From contig OZ024741.1 in NCBI GenBank assembly GCA_964016885.1, positions 1,240,001 through 1,304,000 on the forward strand: a stretch of DNA of 64,000 nucleotides, given 5' to 3'. Position numbers and translations under genes: made by a program. Position 1 is the first letter of the stretch. Every line of letters begins with the position of its first letter. This DNA is from Eledone cirrhosa (taxonomy: Eukaryota). Under the pieces are notes generated by a model that saw nothing but the letters and a program-made list of their open reading frames with translations, was not told where the DNA came from and searched no databases. Below are positions 1-11,974 of this stretch, in pieces.

Positions 1-615
<615 letters not shown>

Positions 616-867
616 CGGCGATGAATTAGTTTGCGACGTTTTTGATATGAAATCGTGTGTCGAAACAAATATTGTTATACTTGGGGAGGGTCATATTTGT
701 GTAATATTGCCAGAATTAATAACAGAATACACTCACTCTTTGGTTGGTTTTCGCTTTTCGCTTCTGTGTCTTTTATATCGGTAATCTAATTTATTCGGTC
801 CTCAATGTTGCCATTGACTGACCAACGGTCAAAAATACAGATACAATATAGACACAAACACATATAT

Positions 868-921
868 ATAGTTTATCAAAGTTCTTTCGTTGCACATCTG
901 CAACATCGTCAGTGGTGCTAT
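868..921 (-). ncRNA. Minimal type-I hammerhead (HHR-B) in Naiad pLTR, copy 1
   Basis: The minus strand reads ATAG-CACCA [CTGACGA] T GTTGCA-GATG-TGCAAC [GAAA] GAACTT TGAT-AAA-CTAT. The core is intact with one extra nt after A9 and a perfect 6-bp stem II. Stem I is weak. Confidence 0.65.
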
Positions 922-1207
922 TGTTTCCTCCCGTTGCATTGTATTTTCTACGCCATCTTTATTTAGTCTGTTTATATATTTATTTGTTTATTTTATTTTG
1001 TCTTCTTTGCGCATGCGTTTGCGTGTGTGTATAGTGTTTTGTTTGATGTGTGTTCGTGATTGGGTGACTGTGTATTGGTTAACGTATTCTATCTTTACTA
1101 GTGTGTGTTTATATGTGTTTGTTCTTATTGTGCTTGTGTATGTATTTATCTATTTATTTATCTATTTATTTATTTATTTATTTATACTTCTCTTAGGTCA
1201 GTGTTGT

Positions 1208-2056
1208 TTATTTGGGTGTTGTTGTTATTCCATTCATTTTTCTGTTTAGCCTTGGCCTTCTAAGTTCTATTTCACTGGCCTCTCTGATTTGCCTATCTGC
1301 TGGGTCATTTCTATGTTTAGATATTATTCTAATTTCTATGTTGTCTATGTTACCGTCGTGTTGTTGTCTGGCATGTCCGTATAGTACTGAACCGTTTTTT
1401 CGTCCTTTTAGTTCCCCCCAGTGTTGGTCTATCCTTTCACCTATGCTACGAGCTGTCTCACCTATGTATGTTGTTGTCATGTTTCTGCAAGTACCCTCTG
1501 TACATCTTATGCTATAGACTACGTTTCTAGTTTTACAGTTTATCCGGGAGTTTACTTTACATATGATACATTTCCTATTAGTACAGTGGGTTTTCTTAAA
1601 AGGGTAGGTTTTGCTGATCAGGGATTTGATGGTGGTTCCTGGCTTTTCTACCACCTTAATCTTTAAGTGAGTCTTTCTCAGGGCCTTTCTACACTGGTTA
1701 GCTAATTTCCCTCCAGGGGTAGCGTCCGCAAACATGACACTCTGGTATCTCTGGTTGTCGTACCATGAGGTGGCTTTCCCTATCTTATGTCTAGCCCTAT
1801 CTAAGTTATTCCATGATTTGCTCCTGTATAATGGGCAAATTCCTTTCATGTCAAGTTCTATGTGGGTCTTATACTTCTCCGTGGCTCCTTCGTATTCTCT
1901 GATTCTGTCTCTTTGGTTGTAGCCATAGAACTGCATGCGGTTGATGAAGTGTTGGATGTGTCTTTCCATTTCTGTTGGGTCGCACATGCGGGACACGTTC
2001 TTCATCACTCGTACCAAGTCTGCGATCAGAATATTAAACTTAGCACTACTGGACAT
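1208..2056 (-). pseudogene. C-terminal part of PLE polyprotein: RT thumb, Zn-linker and GIY-YIG endonuclease
   Basis: Motifs: CxxxxCxxC..C linker (HCTNRKCIIC...NCK), NVVYSIRC..C...YIGETARS..ER..QH, H..xH (HARQQH), RQIREASEI, PRLN. It is 5'-truncated. Comparison with copy 2 suggests a 1-bp deletion in the terminal RKNEW motif. Confidence 0.88.
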
Positions 2057-2138
2057 TGCTGAGTTTTTGAGTATCAGTTATTTGGAGGCCATGGGTTGAT
2101 ATAATGACAACCCCTTAGAGAAACTATTCTTCAACCCA

Positions 2139-2211
2139 GCAACATTGAGGACCGAATAAATTAGATTACCGATATAAAAGACACAGAAGCGAAAAGCGAA
2201 AACCAACCAAA
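2139..2211 (+). repeat. 73-bp inverted copy of the Naiad pLTR at the 5' truncation junction
   Basis: Exact reverse complement of 739-811. An extra short inverted repeat TGGGTTGA/TCAACCCA lies at 2092-2099/2131-2138. Confidence 0.92.
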
Positions 2212-2351
2212 CCCAATCTATTCCTTCTCTCTCTATATGAAATGTTTTCCCAGACATTAATCTATTAATTTATTGTCTAGATCTTGTTAGAATCAGTGTT
2301 GCAGCATCTATATCTCTCATGAGATGTGGCTGTGATGGTTCAAAGTTGGAT

Positions 2352-2563
2352 TTATAATTTTAGCACAAGGCCAGCAATTTATGGGAAGTGAAAGTCGATT
2401 ATATGTACTTTAGTATTTCACTGGTATTTTATGTTATCGATCTTGGAAGGATGAAAGGTAAATATGACAGTGATAGGATTTAAACTGAGAATATAAACAG
2501 CCAGAACAAATGGTAAGAAATATTTATTTATTGGACACTCTAACAACTCTGCCAATGTACCAC
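2352..2563 (-). mobile_element. Diverged tRNA-head Nin-domain SINE
   Basis: The run GCACAAGGCCAGCAATT...AGTCGATT...CTGGTATTTTATGTTATCGA...GAAGGATGAAAGG...GATTTAAACT matches the SINE copies at 32.3-34.4 kb. Confidence 0.75.
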
Positions 2564-2648
2564 GTTGATTGTTTCAATAATAAAGATATAGAACATAGAA
2601 TCAAAGTTAACTCATTATACTTCTATCAGTGGAGACCTCTTGTGTCCT

Positions 2649-2797
2649 TGGACTAGCTCCCTATTTACCACCAGCAGCAAGGAGTTGGTTACCCACATTA
2701 GACCAGCTCCATACTCACCACAATCAGCACAGAGTTGGTTACCCACATTGGACCAGCTCCCCACTCACCACCATCAGCACAGAGTTGGATACCCACA
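2649..2797. repeat. 50-bp tandem repeat, about 3 copies
   Basis: GAGTTGG(T/A)TACCCACA recurs at 2682, 2732 and 2782. Confidence 0.85.
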
Positions 2798-3545
2798 GCT
2801 GTGAGACTCGCCAGCTGAAATCACTCTTCTAACGTGTCTCATTCATCCTCCTCCGGGGAAACGCCTTCTTTATCCTATCCGCCGGGGCCGCGGAGTAGCC
2901 AGCGCGTGGGGAGAGCGAGAGAGACGGAGGTAGTGACTATACCAACATTGTTGAAGTATTTTGTAGAGTTAAAGTTTAAGTAGATAGCTATACATACATA
3001 CACCCGAGTACGGTAGAGCATCCCACTAACACACCCTAGAGGGCAATAAAAAGTAAAAGGTATTAAGACAAAGAAAACAGGATTTGGCGTCAGAATTCTG
3101 ATACTTCAGGATAAATATCTAAAGCTATATATATAAGTTTACACTGCGTGATAGTTAAATAACAAGTATTAAGAGAATAAATGGGGCGAGATGCCTGCAA
3201 AGCATTTTTGAAACTAATTATATTTTAAATACTGTTTGAGTACTTATTTTCTCGTAAAAGAAAGCCTGACGTCCAAACGAGTATCCTCCACCTCCAACTA
3301 ACTTACCCCCCGCCTCTACATGGAGAATACAACATCCCGATGAAAGAGATGTGCTGGAACAGCCACTCCACCTCATGGGGCTCGCACCTGTGGGTAGCTA
3401 ACTCCGCTCCGATAGCAGTGAGTATGGATGTGGTCCGGGAGCCAAGAAGGCCGGAAACCTCCACAACTTCAGGCCAAGAGCGGCCGTTACTTGAGCAGTT
3501 TGCCCTTTTCGGGCAGAGTCTGGGCTGGTAGCCAAACGCACCAGG

Positions 3546-3613
3546 TTTCCACTTGAGTAGGTGTTACAACATGTAACACTCCGGATGAGGGGTATACCTC
3601 CACGAAATGGGAA
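3546..3613 (+). ncRNA. Degenerate type-III hammerhead-like motif
   Basis: TTTCCA-C-TT | GAGT-(AGGT)-GTTACA-ACA-TGTAAC-ACTC | CGGATGA | GGGG-TATACCT-CCAC | GAAA | TGGGAA. Three helices occur in the correct order. Deviations are U4>G, one stem II mismatch and one bulged nt in stem III. Confidence 0.42.
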
Positions 3614-4520
3614 GATTATCATGTCATTTGACCTTTTGCCGTCCCCTCGGTTCAACCCCGCTGGCTCGAGCTGTGAAGGGTCGCCTGTGCCGTCCAGGCC
3701 CTGCTTTATTATCTCTATCTTTGGTCAGTAACCAGATCACGGTCAATATGTCAACCGGTTCCATCAAAAAAATTAATAAAAATTTTGAGGCAAAGGAAAA
3801 TTATTTAAGTTCTTGCACCTAAAAGAAGAATTCGAATTTAAAATCCATTGTATTGAAATTCCATCCGAATGTAAGAGAGAAGTGTGAGGTTAGTTTGGGA
3901 ATTGGGGAGAACTTAGAGAGATGGAGGCTATATATAAATATATTTTGGAATTTATATATAAAATATATTTGAGAAAAAGTTTAAAAAGCGAAAGTAAAGG
4001 AAATAGAAAGGAGGGGTGACTATACGTCTCTCGATGGTACATCTGAGCTGCGTCACACAGACAAAATGGTAAAGGAATTGTAGCCGGCTGCATCAGCCAC
4101 TTAACCATACGGGGTTATTTCCTCAAATGGGATCTCCATCGGATACTACGAACATGACAACCCGGAACGCGGGGAAACTAAACAAAATAGAACCTCCCGG
4201 ACAATGTTTAACTATAGGAATCTAGATAGCTGCCTAATACATGGTCACCGTCTTACAAAATATATAGTATATCGATATATAGCATCACAAAACCATGTTT
4301 ATAAAGAGATTGAAGAATGTTACACTTGTTGCCGTGAAATGTGAAGTTCCAGTCTTAAATATTTTTCACTATCTCCAGTATTCACTTCTCTCTTTTCTCT
4401 TTTTCTTTACATTGACGCATTTATAGTCAAGAGATTGTAAATACATATACACATATACATGTATACATACTATAAACATGCATATATACATACATATATA
4501 TATACATACACACATACATA

Positions 4521-5952
4521 ATCCTATAATGTTATTTGTAATAAGGAACGCGTAACCAGGGAATATTACACCCGATTAAGAAAAAATATGGCCATTGGAA
4601 ATCTCTGCGCACAATAATACAGTGGCTCACAATTTGTTTGCTGTGCCTGTCTTAACACCAACGTTTGGAATACTCGATTGGATGGTAGACGAAATCCGAG
4701 CAATTGATGTTGGGACTCGAAAAATACTAAACAACACCGGAAACTTCCACATCAACAGTGACATAAACCGCCTCTACTTGAAACGTTAGCAGGCAGGATA
4801 GGCCTAACATCAGTCCAGATAGCATTTGAGTGTCGCATCATATCCCTCCGACAACATTTACAAACCTCCAAACGTAGGAGCCCATCTGCTGAGCAAGTTT
4901 GTCTGCATGAGACAGATAAGATCATGTGAGTTGGGAAGGAACTCCTTGAAAGATACTACCTGCATGATAATCAAAAGCTCACACTCAGGGAAATTGCTCA
5001 GCAATACCGCAGCGAATCAATGGATGAAAATACCTCCTTCAAAAAAGAGATAGGGATGCAGGCAAAACACCTAGATGTGATAACAGACTCTGCAGAATTA
5101 ACATCGAGGAAATCACCCATGTCATAAGCAGCTATCCAAAGATGTTATCACGGTACTATCTACCTATGAGGCATGATGTAGTGGCCAAAACACTGTACAA
5201 TGCAATCCGTAGAAAAGATAGCCCCGACAATAAACACATTAAAAGTTACAGCAATGTGGAAGACATATACATACATAATATGATAGAGTACAGGAGAAAT
5301 CTTCCAGTAAAAACCCCAATAAAATGCAGGCATAACAGACCAGATATAATGATATGGGACAGGGATAAGAAGACATGCACATTAGCGGAAGTTAGCTGCC
5401 CAGCAGATGGCAATATACTATTAAAGGAGAATATCTAAATAGAACTGATGAGAAATCTGCAGATACTCCACCCTGATTACACATTCAGATTTATGCCTGT
5501 GATTATTGGGGCACTGGGGTATGTTAGTAACTGCCTCAATACAAATCTTGAGAAGCTAGGCTTCACAGAAACAGAAAGAACACAACTAGTTAGGAAATTA
5601 CAAGTACAATCCATTAATGGAACAGTAAAAATATGTAAAACATTCCAAAACTTTTGCATCTAATAACTGTCTATACATAGGTACAGATACAAAGCATATG
5701 TACATGCACACATATAACTCAAAACATACACATCCACACATACATTAAAATCCATACCCGCACACACACATGCATACAGACATGCATACATATCTGCCTA
5801 GTTGATGTTTTGTAAATTCCAATGAGAGAGTCTTGTAACTATGTTAGAAACTGACTCTCTCTCTCTCTCTTGATAAAAGTTTATAAAATTATATACTAGA
5901 TTCTAGTATATAATCTTATAAACTTTTACCAAAGTTTCTAGTAACTATAGAA
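4521..5952 (+). mobile_element. 5'-truncated, frameshifted R4/Dong-type (RLE) non-LTR retrotransposon, copy 1
   Basis: The translation across frameshifts gives RT-thumb 'ISAHNNTVAHNLFAVPVLTPTFGILDW', then 'RHDVVAK', 'RPDIMIWDRDKKTCTLAEVSCP' (PD-(D/E)xK RLE) and 'PVIIGALG'. It has an internal deletion relative to copy 2 and ends AGAA-(CATA)n. Confidence 0.85.
5874..5928. repeat. 27-bp-arm near-perfect palindrome at the LINE 3' end
   Basis: TAAAAGTTTATAAAATTATATACTAGA-T-TCTAGTATATAATCTTATAAACTTTTA, with 1 mismatch and a 1-nt spacer. Confidence 0.9.
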
Positions 5953-6045
5953 CATACATACAAACATACATACAAACATACATACATACATACATACATA
6001 CATGCATACACACAAACACAAACACATACACATACACACATATAT
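5953..6045. repeat. (CATA)n/(CA)n microsatellite
   Basis: Direct reading. A similar degenerate tract at 4441-4520 flanks the other side of the LINE. Confidence 0.9.
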
Positions 6046-7102
6046 GCCCTCAGTGACTTGAAATCCTTGTCTTTAAACAATTCCACATACTTGATAAACT
6101 GTAATATTTATCCCCAGTAAGGTAACGTGGTTTTGCTACACATATTTAAATTATATAATAAACTATCTTTATGACTGTTCCCTCTACTTACAGTACGTTT
6201 CCGGTACACATAACTTATTTATCTTCTCACCAGTCCAAGTAGTTTTATTTTGATTTCTATCGGCATGAAAATCGTTTAACTTATCCCCCAAACAGTTTTT
6301 TAAGAAAAAAATCTCTTTGATATTCTTCAATTAACCACGCCAGATTCCGACAATGGTTTTCACACACTTTGAATTACTCAATAATAATAACCAGGGTCAT
6401 ATGAGTAACGAAACATTTAATCAGGTCAAGAACAGACAACTGCAGTCGATAATGAAAATAAAATAAAAAATAAAATATGGCGTCCATTCAACTCATGATT
6501 CAAAATTATCTTTAAACAAATTTTATGAGTATTTACTAATCGAGGTATTTTGATACACAATAAAACATGTTTAAAATACACCAGAATCTGAGTTTCGATA
6601 GCCTTTAATTTGATGAAATGGTTAAGAATAACAGGAACACATTTAACTCTGTTGATATCGGTTCCTTGTAAACATAAAATAGTAATTTCCAACATTTTAA
6701 GATATCTTAGAAACGAACATTTCCAAAATCAAATTGATGTTCAATTTTATGTAACATTTCACCAATATTTTACTATGAAATTAATCAAAATTGAATTTTA
6801 TTTCGATATATATTCCTCCAGTAAATTTCAGACAAAATGTGCATTGACAATTGTCCTCCCGCTGCTTCTGCTGGAGTCCGCTAGACGGCGTTAACCGTCA
6901 GCTTTTCAATATTCATAGATGGAAGGCTTTCCAAATGTTTATTCGTAATCATACCGTATATTTAATGATATACGAAACTCACATACTTATATGTATACAG
7001 CTATGTCGGAGCGGACATTTTAATACCACTTGATAGGTTGAGTGAGGGATGCTTAAATCCTTGTTTGATTTAGTGAGGGAATAAACTACTCTTTCATTAA
7101 TT

Positions 7103-7490
7103 GAATGAGTGAGTGACAGAGTGACAGAGTGACAGAGTGACTGTATGAGTGAGTGAGTGAGTGAGTGATTGATTGATTGATTGAGTGAGTGATTGAGTGA
7201 GTGAGTGAATGATTGGGTGATTGATTGAGTGAGTGATTGAATGAATGAGTGACTGTGTGAGTGATTGATTGAGTGAGTGACACAGTGACTGTGTGAGTGA
7301 TTGAGTGTGTGAGTGAGTGACAGAGTGACTGTGTGAGTGAGTGAGGGTGTGAGTGAGTGAGTGACAGAGTGACTGTGTGAGTGAGTGACTGTGTGAGTGA
7401 GTGAGTGTGTAAGCGAGTGAGTGTGTGAGTGAGTGAGTGAGTGTGTGAGTGAATGAGTGAGTGAGTGACTGTATGAGTGATTGAGTGAAT
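7103..7490. repeat. Degenerate (GAGT)n/(GATT)n microsatellite
   Basis: Direct reading. It explains the His/Ser/Leu/Thr pseudo-ORFs. Confidence 0.93.
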
Positions 7491-7603
7491 GCGGTATTGC
7501 GAATGAATGGGTGAGATGGAGGGAAAGTGAGTGAGAGGGAGAGAGAGTGGATCGTCAACCATTGATGGATTGATTAACTGAATGGTTTAGAAAATGATTG
7601 ATT

Positions 7604-10600
7604 GAGTGGTTGTGACATTGAGTGAGTGGTGGTGTCATTGGGTGAGTGGTTGTGTCATTGGGTGAGTGGTGGTGTCATTGGGTGAGTGGTTGTGTCATTG
7701 GGTGAGTGGTGGTGTCATTGGGTGAGTGGTGGTGTAATTGGGTGAGTGGTTGTGTCATTGGGTGAGTGGTGGTGTCATTGGGTGAGTGGTGGTGTCATTG
7801 GGTGAGTGGTTTTGTCATTGGCTAAGTGGTGGTGTCATTGGGTGAGTGGTTGTGTTGGCTGAGTGGTGGTGTCATTGGGTGAGTGGTTGTGTCATTGGGT
7901 GAGTGGTGGTGTCATTGAGTGAGTGCTGGTGTCATTGGGTGAGTGGCGGTGTCATTGGGTGAGTGGTGGTGTCATTGGGTGGGTGGTTGTATCATTGGCT
8001 GGGTGGTTGTGTCATTGGGTGAGTGGTGGTGTCATTGGGTGAGTGGTGGTGTCATTGGGTGAGTGGTGGTGTCATTGGGTGAGTGGTTGTGTCATTGGGT
8101 GAGTGGCGGTGTCATTGGGTGAGTGGTTGTGTCATTGGGTAAGTGGTGGTGTCATTGGGTGAGTGGTTGTGTCATTGGGTGAGTGGTTGTGTCATTGGGT
8201 GAGTGGTTTTGTCATTGGCTAAGTGGTGGTGTCATTGGGTGAGTGGTGGTGTCATTGGGTGAGTGGTTGTGTCATTGGGTGAGTGGTGGTGTCATTGAGT
8301 GAGTGGTGGTGTCATTGGGTGAGTGGTGGTGTCATTGGGTGAGTGGCGGTATCATTGGGTGAGTGGTGGTGTCATTGGGTGGGTGGTTGTATCATTGCGT
8401 GGGTGGTTGTGTCATTGGGTGAGTGGCGGTGTCATTGGGTGAGTGGTTGTGTCATTGGGTGAGTGGCGGTGTCATTGGGTGAGTGGTTGTGTCATTGGGT
8501 GGGTGGTTGTGTTGGGTGAGTGGTGGTGTCATTGGGTGAGTGGTGGTGTCATTGGGTGAGTGGTGGTGTCATTGAGTGAGTGGTGGTGTCATTGGGTGAG
8601 TGGCGGTATCATTGGGTGAGTGGTGGTGTCATTGGGTGGGTGGTTGTATCATTGCGTGGGTGGTTGTGTCATTGGGTGAGTGGCGGTGTCATTGGGTGAG
8701 TGGTTGTGTCATTGGGTGAGTGGCGGTGTCATTGGGTGAGTGGTTGTGTCATTGGGTGGGTGGTTGTATCATTGCGTGGGTGGTTGTGTCATTGGGTGAG
8801 TGGCGGTGTCATTGGGTGAGTGGTTGTGTCATTGGGTAAGTGGTGGTGTCATTGGGTGAGTGGTTGTGTCATTGGGTGAGTGGTTGTGTCATTGGGTGAG
8901 TGGTGGTGTCATTGGTTTAGAAGTGGTGTAATTGGGTGAGTGGTGGTGTCATTGAGTGAGTGGTGGTGTCATTGGGTGAGTGGTTGTGTCATTGGGTGAG
9001 TGGTTTTGTCATTGGGTAAGTGGTGGTGTCATTGGGTGAGTGGTGGTGTCATTGGGTGAGTGGTGGTGTCATTGGGTGAGTGGTTGTGTCAGTGGGTGAG
9101 TGGTGGTGTCATTGGGTGAGTGCTGGTGTCATTGGGTGAGTGGTTGTGTCATTGGGTGAGTGGCGGTGTCATTGGGTGAGTGGTTGTGTCATTGGGTGAG
9201 TGGTTGTGTCATTGGGTAAGTGGTGGTGTCATTGGGTGACTGGTTGTGTCATTGGGTGAGTGGTGGTGTCATTGGGTGAGTGGTGGTGTCATTGGGTGAG
9301 TGGTTGTGTCATTGGGTGAGTGGCGGTGTCATTGGGTGAGTGGTTGTGTCATTGGGTGGGTGGTTGTGTCATTCGGTGAGTGGTTGTGTCATTGGGTGAC
9401 TGGTGGTGTCATTGGGTGAGTGGTTGTGTCATTGGGTGAGTGGTGGTGTCATTGGTTGAGTGGTTGTGTCATTGGGTGAGTGGTGGTGTCATTGGGTGAC
9501 TGGTGGTGTCATTGGGTGAGTGGTTGTGTCATTGGGTGAGTGGTTGTGTCATTGGGTGGGTGGTTGTGTTGGGTGAGTGGTGGTGTCATTGGGTGAGTGG
9601 TGGTGTCATTGGGTGAGTGGTGGTGTCATTGAGTGAGTGGTGGTGTCATTGGGTGAGTGGCGGTATCATTGGGTGAGTGGTGGTGTCATTGGGTGGGTGG
9701 TTGTATCATTGCGTGGGTGGTTGTGTCATTGGGTGAGTGGCGGTGTCATTGGGTGAGTGGTTGTGTCATTGGGTGAGTGGCGGTGTCATTGGGTGAGTGG
9801 TTGTGTCATTGGGTGGGTGGTTGTATCATTGCGTGGGTGGTTGTGTCATTGGGTGAGTGGCGGTGTCATTGGGTGAGTGGTTGTGTCATTGGGTAAGTGG
9901 TGGTGTCATTGGGTGAGTGGTTGTGTCATTGGGTGAGTGGTTGTGTCATTGGGTGAGTGGTGGTGTCATTGGTTTAGAAGTGGTGTAATTGGGTGAGTGG
10001 TGGTGTCATTGAGTGAGTGGTGGTGTCATTGGGTGAGTGGTTGTGTCATTGGGTGAGTGGTTTTGTCATTGGGTAAGTGGTGGTGTCATTGGGTGAGTGG
10101 TGGTGTCATTGGGTGAGTGGTGGTGTCATTGGGTGAGTGGTTGTGTCAGTGGGTGAGTGGTGGTGTCATTGGGTGAGTGCTGGTGTCATTGGGTGAGTGG
10201 TTGTGTCATTGGGTGAGTGGCGGTGTCATTGGGTGAGTGGTTGTGTCATTGGGTGAGTGGTTGTGTCATTGGGTAAGTGGTGGTGTCATTGGGTGACTGG
10301 TTGTGTCATTGGGTGAGTGGTGGTGTCATTGGGTGAGTGGTGGTGTCATTGGGTGAGTGGTTGTGTCATTGGGTGAGTGGCGGTGTCATTGGGTGAGTGG
10401 TTGTGTCATTGGGTGGGTGGTTGTGTCATTCGGTGAGTGGTTGTGTCATTGGGTGACTGGTGGTGTCATTGGGTGAGTGGTTGTGTCATTGGGTGAGTGG
10501 TGGTGTCATTGGTTGAGTGGTTGTGTCATTGGGTGAGTGGTGGTGTCATTGGGTGACTGGTGGTGTCATTGGGTGAGTGGTTGTGTCATTGGGTGGGTGG

Positions 10601-11530
10601 TTGTGTCATTGGGCGAGTGGTGGTGTCATTGGGTGAGTGGTGGTGTCATTGGGTGAGTGGTGGTGTCATTGAGTGAGTGCTGGTGTCATTGGGTGAGTGG
10701 CGGTGTCATTGGGTGAGTGGTGGTGTCATTGGGTGGGTGGTTGTATCATTGGCTGGGTGGTTGTGTCATTGGGTGAGTGGTGGTGTCATTGGGTGAGTGG
10801 TGGTGTCATTGGGTGAGTGGTGGTGTCATTGGGTGAGTGGTTGTGTCATTGGGTGAGTGGCGGTGTCATTGGGTGAGTGGTTGTGTCATTGGGTAAGTGG
10901 TGGTGTCATTGGGTGAGTGGTTGTGTCATTGGGTGAGTGGTTGTGTCATTGGGTGAGTGGTTTTGTCATTGGCTAAGTGGTGGTGTCATTGGGTGAGTGG
11001 TGGTGTCATTGGGTGAGTGGTTGTGTCATTGGGTGAGTGGTGGTGTCATTGAGTGAGTGGTGGTGTCATTGGGTGAGTGGTGGTGTCATTGGGTGAGTGG
11101 CGGTATCATTGGGTGAGTGGTGGTGTCATTGGGTGGTTGTATCATTGCGTGGGTGGTTGTGTCATTGGGTGAGTGGCGGTGTCATTGGGTTAGTGGTTGT
11201 GTCATTGGGTGAGTGGCGGTGTCATTGGGTGAGTGGTTGTGTCATTGGGTGGGTGGTTGTGTTGGGTGAGTGGTGGTGTCATTGGGTGAGTGGTGGTGTC
11301 ATTGGGTGAGTGGTGGTGTCATTGAGTGAGTGGTGGTGTCATTGGGTGAGTGGCGGTATCATTGGGTGGGTGGTTGTGTCATTGGGCGAGTGGTGGTGTC
11401 ATTGGGTGAGTGGTGGTGTCATTGGGTGAGTGGTGGTGTCATTGGGTGAGTGGTTTTGTCATTGGGTGAGTGGTTGTGTCATTGAGTGAGTGGTTGTGTT
11501 GGGTGAGTGGTGGTGTCATTGAGTGAGTGG
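7604..11530. repeat. 20-bp minisatellite GGTGAGTGGT(G/T)GTGTCATTG, about 195 copies
   Basis: Direct reading, with occasional 17-bp deletion units. The variant GGTTTAGAAGTGGTGTAATT recurs at 8914 and 9971. Confidence 0.97.
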
Positions 11531-11860
11531 TATAGGAAGTGGTATGAGGTACCCAGTGGTATAGGAAGTGGTATGAAGTACCCAGTGGTATAGGAAGTGG
11601 TATGAGGTACCCAGTGGTATAGGAAGTGGTATGAAGTACCCAGTGGTATAGGAAGTGGTATGAGGTACCCAGTGGTATAGGAAGTGGTATGAAGTACCCA
11701 GTGGTATAGGAAGTGGTATGAGGTACCCAGTGGTATAGGAAGTGGTATGAGGTACCCAGTGGTATAGGAAGTGGTATGAAGTACCCAGTGGTATAGGAAG
11801 TATTATGAAGTACCCAGTGGTGTAGGAAGTAGTATGAGGTACCCAGTGGTATAGGAAGTG
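11526..11860. repeat. 29-bp minisatellite AGTGGTATAGGAAGTGGTATGA(G/A)GTACCC, about 11 copies
   Basis: Direct reading. The G/A variants mostly alternate. Confidence 0.95.
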
Positions 11861-11939
11861 GTAGTAGTAGTGGTGGTGGTGATAATAGTAGTAGTAGTTC
11901 TAGTGGTGGTCGTATTGGTGGTGCTTGTGGTAGTAGTAG

Positions 11940-11974
<35 letters not shown>

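Noticed and set aside
3075-3115. Hammerhead-like minus-strand CTGAAGT...TCAGAATTCTGAC
   Set aside because: A9 and GAAA are both missing and there is no stem I partner.
6100-7080. Short ORFs or exon in AT-rich unique DNA
   Set aside because: No recognisable domain or consistent splice pair, so it cannot be supported from sequence alone.
7604-11860. Telomeric repeat array
   Set aside because: It is G-rich but contains no TTAGGG or TTAGG tandem units.
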